The position numbers and the translations under genes were made by a program. Shown here one piece after another: positions 1-6,270 of a stretch of DNA of 15,548 bases. The stretch is taken from the sequence record MK054233.1; one strand, written 5' to 3'. Positions within the stretch are counted from its first letter, which is position 1; the number at the start of each line of letters is the position of its first letter. Below the pieces are notes generated by a model that was given only the letters and a program-made list of their open reading frames with translations, made no database searches and was not told the DNA's origin.

Positions 1-49
1 ATGGGGGCCTGTCGAGCCCCTGACCCGGGTTCAAATCCCGGCCGCGGCG
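1..49 (+). tRNA. 3' half of tRNA-Asp(GUC) serving as the viral attachment site (att); not a complete tRNA within this window
   Basis: Anticodon arm GGGGC-CTGTCGA-GCCCC (anticodon GTC), T-arm CCGGG-TTCAAAT-CCCGG, then acceptor 3' strand GCCGCGGCG. SSV att sites are known to be tRNA 3' halves. Confidence 0.93.
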
Positions 50-226
50 TTGTGGGGGAATATCCCCCACTCCCCCTACTGCTATGTAAGTTTCTATTAT
101 CTTATCTAAAGGTGCAATGTAATTATGCCTTTGCTTACCGCCATCATCCTTCTCTATTAAGTAAACATAATACTTTCCTTTAATCTCTTTTACATAGAAT
201 TTAGAATTAACGTAAAAGGAAGGCAT
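1..226 (-). CDS. int: Integrase N-terminal part (intN); not in the supplied ORF track
   Basis: Manual translation from ATG at 226: MPSFYVNSKFYVKEIKGKYYVYLIEKDDGGKQRHNYIAPLDKIIETYIAVGGVGDIPPQRRGRDLNPGQGLDRPP. No stop codon; it reads through att and joins 15548 in frame (226+791=1017 nt, 338 aa). Confidence 0.92.
   Translation of the reverse strand, partial: MPSFYVNSKFYVKEIKGKYYVYLIEKDDGGKQRHNYIAPLDKIIETYIAVGGVGDIPPQRRGRDLNPGQGLDRPP
52..70. repeat. Hairpin/palindrome flanking att on the right
   Basis: GTGGGGGA-ATA-TCCCCCAC. Confidence 0.75.
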
Positions 227-249
227 TCTAAGAATGTTAAGTAACGGGG

Positions 250-259
250 GTTTAAATAC
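250..259 (-). promoter_or_regulatory. TATA box of a leaderless integrase transcript
   Basis: Minus strand reads GTATTTAAAC, ending about 24 nt before the int ATG at 226. The same 10-mer lies upstream of the F93-like gene (4255-4264). Confidence 0.65.
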
Positions 260-309
260 TCATTCTAATAGAACGATCAGCGTGGAGTTGAAAGAAGACG
301 GCAAAGATT

Positions 310-682
310 CCTCACTTTTGCGAAAAACTGAATATGTGATACTTAGCAACTGTGAGGCTTTGGAAAATTTGTAATTGTATAACTGCTCACTAATTTATAC
401 AAGAGATACCCCTGTTTTGGGGGTATATCTAGAATAAATTAGTGAGGGTTGAGAAATTTGCATATTTTCCCGGCGGTCACTAATTTTTAGAAGAAACTGC
501 CAAAAAAAGAGGTCTACTTTAAACCCAATCTACAAAAGTTTAAATCAAATTTACAAAAGTTTAAAGTAGACCTACTCCAGAAAAAGTTGCTTGCAAAAAT
601 TAGTGAGGGTTGAGAAATTTACAGGGGACACCTCTTCCAGAAAAAGTTTCTTCTAAAAATTAGTGAGGCTTTGGAAAATTTG
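310..682. repeat. Non-coding array of nested direct and inverted repeats; candidate replication origin
   Basis: Identical 24-mer AAATTAGTGAGGGTTGAGAAATTT at 436-459 and 597-620. Identical 20-mer at 352-371 and 663-682. Perfect 22-bp IR at 477-498/645-666 and 15-bp IR at 510-524/559-573. Tandem 14-mer TACAAAAGTTTAAA at 531-544 and 552-565. 60-bp period unit at 571-620/631-681. The repeats are directly visible; the origin role is inferred. Confidence 0.85.
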
Positions 683-721
683 AAAATTTATAAGTGGTCG
701 CTGTTTTTTACTAGCATCTGT

Positions 722-732
722 CAAAAAATGAG
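722..732 (-). terminator. T-tract terminator of the leftward operon
   Basis: Minus strand CTCATTTTTTG begins about 10 nt after the stop at 742. Confidence 0.5.
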
Positions 733-741
733 GTGTCAGTA

Positions 742-1044
742 TTACCTTGAAAAAGCGTCGTTAAACTTCTTCTTAATTCTTAATAAACTATCTAGGTGTT
801 TTAATTCGAGTTCGTCAACAAGTAGCACTTTACCGTCTTTGAGCCTCAAAATATAGTAAATTTCATTTTCCTCTCTTTTCCACCCTATTATCTCATAGCT
901 GTCATCCGGTTCCATGTAACGAAATATCGGCGGGTCTACAGTCCTATCGATGTAAAGAAACGCCAAATGTAAACACTCTTTAGCCCTTTCTATCGTTTTC
1001 TCGTTAGCGATTATCCCGTCAAACTCTTTACAGGAACTCGACAT
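742..1044 (-). CDS. Hypothetical protein (~100 aa), last gene of the leftward operon
   Basis: Overlaps the helicase stop. A GGTGA SD motif precedes the ATG at 1044, which I prefer to the track start at 1053. Confidence 0.75.
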   Translation of the reverse strand: MSSSCKEFDGIIANEKTIERAKECLHLAFLYIDRTVDPPIFRYMEPDDSYEIIGWKREENEIYYILRLKDGKVLLVDELELKHLDSLLRIKKKFNDAFSR

Positions 1045-2626
1045 ATTCCTCACCGCCTACCATCTTGTGGTTTACTAAGCCCCTTTCTTCGGCCCATTTT
1101 AGTACTTTTTCTGCAATCTCCTCACCGAGTATGCCATAAAATTCGCTGATCGTGAACTGCTTCCCCTTTAACTCTTTGTAAATTTCTGCCATGTTACCCG
1201 CAAACGTCAAATCGCCGTTACCATCCCTCTCTTCTTTATAACCGTTCACGACAAGGTCTAATACCTTTTGTCCGAATTCATTACGCCTCCATTTATTCCT
1301 ATTCGCTTTGTCCTTGTCAAGGTCTACCAGCCCTTTACGTGATAGGTTGTAGAGCCATGCCTTTGCTGTCTCTGTATCGACCTTGAGTCTCATTGCTATA
1401 GTCTTCGTTTCTTCGAATTCGGTACTGGTAGCCTGTAACGCTTTCAGTTCGACACTCGTTAGCCCTACCGCTGATACTAGGAAGTACCTCAATAGCTTTT
1501 GTGAGAAAAGTGAGTAAACTTCATCATCAACTACTTCTTTCCCTAACAACGATGCAAATATCTTCATAACTTTTAGGCCTTGGTCGTAAACTCTAAACGC
1601 GTACTGGTTATACTCCGTTATCACTTTCTTGAACTTCATGGCTATTTCTTTGGGTAACTTGACACTCCTCGGTGTATAGTACATCCATGCTATAGCCAGG
1701 TATTTTGTCACGGGGTCATATTCAAACGCGTTATCGCCCCTCTCTGCTATCTTCTCATATATCTTGTCAGTATCACCCCTTTCCAAGTCTAAGGCAACTG
1801 TCAAAAACCTACTCATTATCTGCGTCACTTGGTCGTTACTGTAGTCGATGTTAACAGCAGTGCTGACTACTGATGGCGGGTAGTCAACAGTACCGTAGTT
1901 AGTACCTATTTCGCCGTCACCTGTTTTCGCTGTTAAATTCGCAAGTCTACCCTCAGTCATTAAAATGCTCAACTCCTTAAACGCCTCAATGTCAATTGTC
2001 TCGACAATGAACAAACAGCGGTTTTTTAGCAACTTGCCGTTATCGTTGAACGCAAGGTAACTAAGGGCTTTCCGCGTCAGGTTTGACACCCATAACACGG
2101 CTCCATATCCTTCTTTTAGACTAAACATGTTGACGATACTCTTTACTGCTGAAGACTTCCCTGCTCCTGCACTCCCTAATACAAGTACACCAATTTTAGG
2201 AAGTCCTTCGTAAAAAGCAGACTTAATGGCTATCAATGTCAAAAGTTTCACTTCATCATCTCCTATATGCCATTTTTCCGATTGTCGTAAGAACCATGAT
2301 ATAGGGTCTTTTCTCAGTTCTTCCCACTGTTCCGGGAATTCCTCCATTACCCATTCCTGTAAAGGTTTTTCTACCGTATTTTCCGCTAACACTTGTCTGA
2401 CAAACTCGTTGAATTTCTCTTTTTCCCTCTTTATTGATGTACACCCTCCTCTTTTGAACGTCCCTTCCGTTATAGGATATGCTGTTTCTTTTCCGTCTTT
2501 AATATATCTGTAACTCGGTACGATGTAAACTATGCCGTCGTCAATCGTGGCATAAGCGTCTTCCTCGTTTATTTCCACTTCGATCTCGGCGTTTACACAC
2601 TCACTATCATATTGGTACCTCTTCAT
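1028..2626 (-). CDS. MCM-like AAA+ ATPase, putative replicative helicase, with C-terminal winged-helix domains (532 aa)
   Basis: Walker A GSAGAGKS; Walker B variant CLFIVE; a LMTEGRLANLTAK...PPSVVSTA segment like the MCM PS1-hairpin/sensor-1 region; arginine finger MSRF; wHTH-like TIAMRLKVDTETAKAWLYNLSRKGLV. GGAGGT SD and ATGA coupling to the upstream gene. Confidence 0.8.
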   Translation of the reverse strand: MKRYQYDSECVNAEIEVEINEEDAYATIDDGIVYIVPSYRYIKDGKETAYPITEGTFKRGGCTSIKREKEKFNEFVRQVLAENTVEKPLQEWVMEEFPEQWEELRKDPISWFLRQSEKWHIGDDEVKLLTLIAIKSAFYEGLPKIGVLVLGSAGAGKSSAVKSIVNMFSLKEGYGAVLWVSNLTRKALSYLAFNDNGKLLKNRCLFIVETIDIEAFKELSILMTEGRLANLTAKTGDGEIGTNYGTVDYPPSVVSTAVNIDYSNDQVTQIMSRFLTVALDLERGDTDKIYEKIAERGDNAFEYDPVTKYLAIAWMYYTPRSVKLPKEIAMKFKKVITEYNQYAFRVYDQGLKVMKIFASLLGKEVVDDEVYSLFSQKLLRYFLVSAVGLTSVELKALQATSTEFEETKTIAMRLKVDTETAKAWLYNLSRKGLVDLDKDKANRNKWRRNEFGQKVLDLVVNGYKEERDGNGDLTFAGNMAEIYKELKGKQFTISEFYGILGEEIAEKVLKWAEERGLVNHKMVGGEEYVEFL

Positions 2627-3042
2627 TTTGACCTCCTTAGCTCGATAACCGGCTTATCGAAAATCACGCGTTCGCAGTTGGCTTTATCGAAACCGAGACC
2701 GAGTTCCTCTAACTTCTTCTCAATTTCTTCGATATTTTCCTTTAACTGTTGTCTCCTTTTGCCTTTTACGTCATTTAAGGGGCATCTGGCATTAAAGCAC
2801 CATTTAGCGTCTGAACACATTTCAGGTGTGCCGTCATCTAACGGTGGCTGAATAATAATATCATTAATAACTAAAGGTGCTAGGGGGTCATTATTAATAA
2901 ACGCTATACCTTTTTTGTAAGTGCAATACCCTATACTGTACTTCCTATTACCAAACCTCAAGACGTTGACATACCATATTATTTTATGGTGGTATTTTTC
3001 GGGGTGTGTCCACAAGTCCTTAATGTATTCGTGGAGATCCAT
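2623..3042 (-). CDS. Hypothetical protein with a Cys cluster (C-x5-C-x4-CP), possibly metal-binding
   Basis: 139-aa ORF with GGGGT SD, coupled within the operon; motif MCSDAKWCFNARCPLN. Confidence 0.85.
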   Translation of the reverse strand: MDLHEYIKDLWTHPEKYHHKIIWYVNVLRFGNRKYSIGYCTYKKGIAFINNDPLAPLVINDIIIQPPLDDGTPEMCSDAKWCFNARCPLNDVKGKRRQQLKENIEEIEKKLEELGLGFDKANCERVIFDKPVIELRRSK

Positions 3043-3045
3043 CGT

Positions 3046-3552
3046 TTACCCCTTTAGTTTTGGTTTAGCCTTTTTCGCTTCTTCTACCCTTTCTTCTGTT
3101 TTCTCTTCTGTCTCTTTCTCCTCCTCTTCTTGTCCTTCGCCGTCTAACACTAGTATCTCGTCGTAGAACGTCTTATTCTGCTTCTTAGACACCTTGATTT
3201 TTAGTTTTGTACCCTCAGTAATCTCTTTGTTCTGCCATGCGTCGTAGAGTACTTCATAAGCCCTACCTGTTAGCTTCATAATCGCTTTGCCTCCTAACTC
3301 TTGGGCGTCATATTTCTTCGGCTTTACAACTTCATCACCGTCTTCCGTCTTCGTAACGACTTTCTCCGTGACGCTCTCAAACTTTCCGCTTACCGGCTTT
3401 ACGATAATACTGTAGTCTTCGATCTTCTTCACTGTACCGTCTTTCAACGCTATTTCTCTCTCAACGGCCTTTGGTGATTGCAGCACTTCTACGGTTACTT
3501 CGTCGAACGGCTTAACAATCGGTAACCTTTCCCTTTTCATTAATACTTTCAT
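3046..3552 (-). CDS. Putative ssDNA-binding protein (beta-rich core with acidic/charged tail)
   Basis: Alternating hydrophobic beta-strand pattern; tail GEGQEEEEKETEEKTEERVEE; located upstream of a helicase. The gene is solid; the function is inferred. Confidence 0.6.
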   Translation of the reverse strand: MKVLMKRERLPIVKPFDEVTVEVLQSPKAVEREIALKDGTVKKIEDYSIIVKPVSGKFESVTEKVVTKTEDGDEVVKPKKYDAQELGGKAIMKLTGRAYEVLYDAWQNKEITEGTKLKIKVSKKQNKTFYDEILVLDGEGQEEEEKETEEKTEERVEEAKKAKPKLKG

Positions 3553-3734
3553 GCGTTAACACCCTCCTTTAATACCTCTTGTCTCTTCTTGTCGATATAC
3601 CCTCTGCTTAATGCTTCAATGATTAAGATCTCAATTGCATCTGTTAGAGTTAGCTTTTCTTGTTTAGCTAAAAAAACGAATTTTTCTTTAATTTCACGAT
3701 CTAATTTTATTCCTACATACTCTCTCTCTTTCAT
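3549..3734 (-). CDS. Ribbon-helix-helix (CopG-like) regulator, 61 aa
   Basis: MKEREYVGIKLDREIKEKFVFLAKQEKLTLTDAIEILIIEAL fits the RHH pattern. The track start at 3788 runs through the promoter; ATG at 3734 sits at leaderless distance from the TATA box. Confidence 0.8.
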   Translation of the reverse strand: MKEREYVGIKLDREIKEKFVFLAKQEKLTLTDAIEILIIEALSRGYIDKKRQEVLKEGVNA

Positions 3735-3746
3735 GGCCAATTTATA

Positions 3747-3786
3747 TTTAAACAACAAAAGCATAAAAGTTTTTTGGTGTTTAAAC
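3747..3786 (-). promoter_or_regulatory. T5-type early promoter (leftward)
   Basis: Minus strand ACCAAAAAA-CTTTTATGC (BRE plus TATA); 36/40 identical to the reverse complement of 4281-4320. Confidence 0.75.
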
Positions 3787-3795
3787 ATAATTAGG

Positions 3796-4233
3796 CTAAG
3801 ATTTCAAGAATCTTTGTAAATATTTCAAGTCGTCTATAATCCTCTTTTTAGCCTCTTCATCAAGTATCCCCAATCTTGTAAATATTTCAACATATGGAAT
3901 CAAGATTGTCTGTCCCGCTAACGCCATTGCTATAAGTATCTTGTTAGGGTCTGCCTCTTTTTTCATTCGTTTATAGGTCTCAATACCCGGTTTCAGCGAT
4001 ATCGCGAAAAGTTTACCCTTTTCCGTGAGATATATCTTTTTTTCCCCTTTCTCTTGTTTCTCTTCTATAAAGCCTTCCTGAATAAGAAATTTCTTAGCGT
4101 CATAAAAAGTGGCGGTGGACATGGGGAAATCCGCGTTTACTTTCTTATATAAATCATATGTGGCTATCCCTTCATTATCATATATGTAGACTAATACTAT
4201 CGCTTCAGGGTAGAAGAAAGGAGTACTTTTCAT
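3796..4233 (-). CDS. f93: Winged-helix (MarR/PadR-like) regulator, SSV1 F93 homologue with a C-terminal extension
   Basis: N-terminus MKSTPFFYPEAIVLVYIYDNEGIATYDLYKKVNADFPMSTATFYDAKKFLIQEGF closely matches SSV1 F93 as I recall it. Start at 4233 fits the TATA spacing; 4242 is the alternative. Confidence 0.88.
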   Translation of the reverse strand: MKSTPFFYPEAIVLVYIYDNEGIATYDLYKKVNADFPMSTATFYDAKKFLIQEGFIEEKQEKGEKKIYLTEKGKLFAISLKPGIETYKRMKKEADPNKILIAMALAGQTILIPYVEIFTRLGILDEEAKKRIIDDLKYLQRFLKS

Positions 4234-4280
4234 ATATCGCATATATAATTTATAGTTTAAATACCAAACGTTTTAGTGTT

Positions 4281-4320
4281 GTTTAAATACCAAAAAGTTT
4301 TTATACTTTTGTTGTTTAAA
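4281..4320 (+). promoter_or_regulatory. T6-type early promoter (rightward)
   Basis: ACCAAAAAG-TTTTTATAC (BRE plus TATA) upstream of 4342; inverted copy of 3747-3786. Confidence 0.75.
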
Positions 4321-4341
4321 CAATAGATAGAGGGTCAAAAA

Positions 4342-4650
4342 ATGGTTGAACCCCAATACCAGGAAAAAGTTTTGGGTGAAGTTAGTTTGAATTTTTTTAT
4401 TCGTTCCGTAGAGGTTGAGGGAAGACATAACTTCTACTTCAAACTATACGTGAGAATAAAAGATGATAAGAATGGAACTGAAATCGATCAGCAGTTTCTA
4501 AGTCCAGAAGAGTATGAAACCCACCGCATTTTGAAAGACATCGAGAAATTGTATAATTTAGCCCGCTTTTCGCAAAATGAAAAATTGGCACAAGGGGCGA
4601 AAGAAGAGATTCTAAAATTAATTGCGTTACTGCTTTCGCGTGTAAGTTGA
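4342..4650 (+). CDS. a100: SSV1 A100-like early protein
   Basis: First gene after the T6-type promoter; MVEPQ start and KEEILKLIALLLS end resemble A100; GAGGGT SD. Confidence 0.7.
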   Translation: MVEPQYQEKVLGEVSLNFFIRSVEVEGRHNFYFKLYVRIKDDKNGTEIDQQFLSPEEYETHRILKDIEKLYNLARFSQNEKLAQGAKEEILKLIALLLSRVS

Positions 4651-4658
4651 GGTGGACG

Positions 4659-4793
4659 ATGATGAGGAGTAGACGTGAAAAGATGTTAAAAATATTCGAG
4701 AAGATCCTAGACGAAACAGATGATATAGAAGATCTTGAGCAACTAATAGAGATAATTCAAGATTATATATATCGTGCCGGTGAGGGGGAATGA
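4659..4793 (+). CDS. Small acidic helical protein, 44 aa (below the track cutoff)
   Basis: MMRSRREKMLKIFEKILDETDDIEDLEQLIEIIQDYIYRAGEGE; GAGGTG SD; ATGA overlap with the next ORF. Confidence 0.8.
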   Translation: MMRSRREKMLKIFEKILDETDDIEDLEQLIEIIQDYIYRAGEGE

Positions 4794-4969
4794 ATATTAG
4801 ATCTTTATATAGGCTTTCATTTGCTATAGAGAATCTATTAGATGATATTGTAGATGGGAATGTTGATGACGACAATGAAGTATTAGAGATTCTTCTTGAC
4901 GCTAAACGCTTAACAGATTTGCTTTCTCAAGAGTTGAATAATTATATCATAAGGGTGACAAAGGGATGA
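4790..4969 (+). CDS. Small acidic protein, 59 aa (below the track cutoff)
   Basis: MNIRSLYRLSFAIENLLDDIVDGNVDDDNEVLEILLDAKRLTDLLSQELNNYIIRVTKG; ATGA overlaps at both ends. Confidence 0.82.
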   Translation: MNIRSLYRLSFAIENLLDDIVDGNVDDDNEVLEILLDAKRLTDLLSQELNNYIIRVTKG

Positions 4970-5166
4970 AGGCAAGAGTGGAATACATTAAACTCCCGAA
5001 ATCTTATAACCCTCGTAAAGACTGGGACATGGACGTGATTTCATTCAAATTACCTCCAGAGCTTAAGGCAAAATTAGATATTGTTGCTCACAAAAGAAAA
5101 GTTTCAAGAAGTGAACTGATCAGGATTGCGATTCAGGAGCTTCTGAAGGATGAAGAGGTGCAGTGA
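4966..5166 (+). CDS. c80: RHH/CopG regulator, SSV1 C80 homologue
   Basis: MKARVEYIKLP...VISFKLPPELKAKLD...SRSELIRIAI. Confidence 0.88.
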   Translation: MKARVEYIKLPKSYNPRKDWDMDVISFKLPPELKAKLDIVAHKRKVSRSELIRIAIQELLKDEEVQ

Positions 5167-5409
5167 ATGTATAGATGCCCACTCTGCGGGTTCAAAACCA
5201 TCAGGTTGTTTGCATTAAAACAACATGCACGCCATGTCCATGTGTTAACTGTTTGCCCAGTTTGCAAGAAGGAATATCTTAATATTTATCAACATTTCTA
5301 CGTCAATGCGTACAGCGACAACAAACATCTAGTTCTGTGCTATTTATTTACAACAAATAAGCTCAAGAGTTTCGCGAAACAAAAAGTGAAAGAACTCTTA
5401 AGGTGTTAG
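5167..5409 (+). CDS. a79: C2H2 zinc-finger protein, SSV1 A79 homologue
   Basis: CPLC...HARHVH and CPVC...H motifs; follows c80. Confidence 0.88.
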   Translation: MYRCPLCGFKTIRLFALKQHARHVHVLTVCPVCKKEYLNIYQHFYVNAYSDNKHLVLCYLFTTNKLKSFAKQKVKELLRC

Positions 5410-5411
5410 AT

Positions 5412-5714
5412 ATGATGATTTATGATATACTATTATATTATGGGTTTCAGTTCAATGACTATTGGACAACAATATTAGGTACCAAAGTTGGCGGAAGAGA
5501 AGCAAATCTTGTAGCGAGGTTGTTTATGAAAAACAGATTAACATTAGCTATCTATAAATTTGATCTCGCTACAGTGGCTCTATTATTAGCTTTCATGTTA
5601 GATAACGTAAAAATGATACAAACGTTCCTACTTATTGTTGATGTTGTTGAATGCCTTGTAACACTAAACAATACTCTTACGATATATAGGCGTAAGAAGG
5701 TGAGAGCAAAATGA
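5412..5714 (+). CDS. Small membrane protein (position of SSV1 C102b; DUF5658-like motif)
   Basis: Hydrophobic segments with DYWTT-x5-GGREAN; AGGTG SD before ATG 5412 (the track uses GTG 5403). Confidence 0.75.
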   Translation: MMIYDILLYYGFQFNDYWTTILGTKVGGREANLVARLFMKNRLTLAIYKFDLATVALLLAFMLDNVKMIQTFLLIVDVVECLVTLNNTLTIYRRKKVRAK

Positions 5715-5890
5715 GGAAATTATGGGTGGTTTCAGCAAAAGACCCTTACGGTGATATTGTTTATCTGAAAATAACGCCTAAAAAGTCTACTGCGAAACGG
5801 TATTTGAAAGAGTGCAAAGAGATTTTCAATAGTTGTGAAATGGTACTTGGTGAGTTCTACACTCTCGATGAGGCTGAGGGGAAAATATAA
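5711..5890 (+). CDS. Hypothetical protein, 59 aa (below the track cutoff)
   Basis: MRKLWVVSAKDPYGDIVYLKITPKKSTAKRYLKECKEIFNSCEMVLGEFYTLDEAEGKI; ATGA and TAATG overlaps fill the operon gap exactly. Confidence 0.82.
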   Translation: MRKLWVVSAKDPYGDIVYLKITPKKSTAKRYLKECKEIFNSCEMVLGEFYTLDEAEGKI

Positions 5891-6261
5891 TGTCAGGTAA
5901 TAAAAATTACCTGAGTAATCGTAAAACTTTAGGGATTCATGTGTCTGCAGAAGAACTAAAACGGTACCACTCTTTATCTGCAGAACAGAAAAGGTTGTTA
6001 AGGATAATCGTTAAGGTGCTTATTTATAACCCTGAATTGCTTAACGAAAGTTCTTATCTTTACAAATTACTCACCACAAAAGCTATATCGCCTTACGTTT
6101 GCCCCCTTTGCTTAATACCGTTTTCCTCTTCCGTTAGTCTGAAACAACACATTAGATATGCTGAACATACGACAACTTGCCCGGTGTGCGGTAAGGAGTT
6201 TGCAAAGACTGACGCACTCTTAGACCATGTTTGCAAAAAACATAATATCTGCGTTAGTTAG
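5890..6261 (+). CDS. b129: Tandem C2H2 zinc-finger DNA-binding protein, SSV1 B129 homologue
   Basis: YVCPLCLIPFSSSVSLKQHIRYAEH and CPVCGKEF...HVCKKH. Confidence 0.93.
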   Translation: MSGNKNYLSNRKTLGIHVSAEELKRYHSLSAEQKRLLRIIVKVLIYNPELLNESSYLYKLLTTKAISPYVCPLCLIPFSSSVSLKQHIRYAEHTTTCPVCGKEFAKTDALLDHVCKKHNICVS

Positions 6262-6270
6262 GTGATGTTG

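Noticed and set aside
1-183. 60-aa plus-strand ORF
   Set aside because: It starts inside the tRNA fragment and is antisense to the real intN frame.
436-620. Identical 24-mers as a CRISPR array
   Set aside because: The copies are 161 bp apart, do not resemble Sulfolobales repeats, lack a GAAA(G/C) end and are mixed with inverted copies.
671-856. 61-aa plus-strand ORF
   Set aside because: Antisense shadow of the 742-1044 gene; TTG start inside a repeat.
2226-2513. ORFs 2226-2513 (+) and 2256-2444 (-)
   Set aside because: Both lie wholly inside the helicase gene, with no initiation signals or recognisable motifs.
3735-3788. N-terminal 18 codons of the 79-aa track ORF
   Set aside because: They overlap the promoter IR; ATG 3734 is the better start.
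2612-3819. Plus-strand ORFs 2612-2851, 2921-3166 and 3589-3819
   Set aside because: Antisense shadows of the coupled leftward operon; Ser/Phe-rich, as expected for the reverse of Glu/Lys-rich genes.
742-4242. Cas4, D244-like nuclease, D63, F55 or Rad3 helicase genes seen in other SSVs
   Set aside because: No matching motifs were recognised in any ORF here; this absence is judged by eye only.
4627-4875. 82-aa minus-strand ORF
   Set aside because: Antisense to two well-coupled plus-strand small genes.
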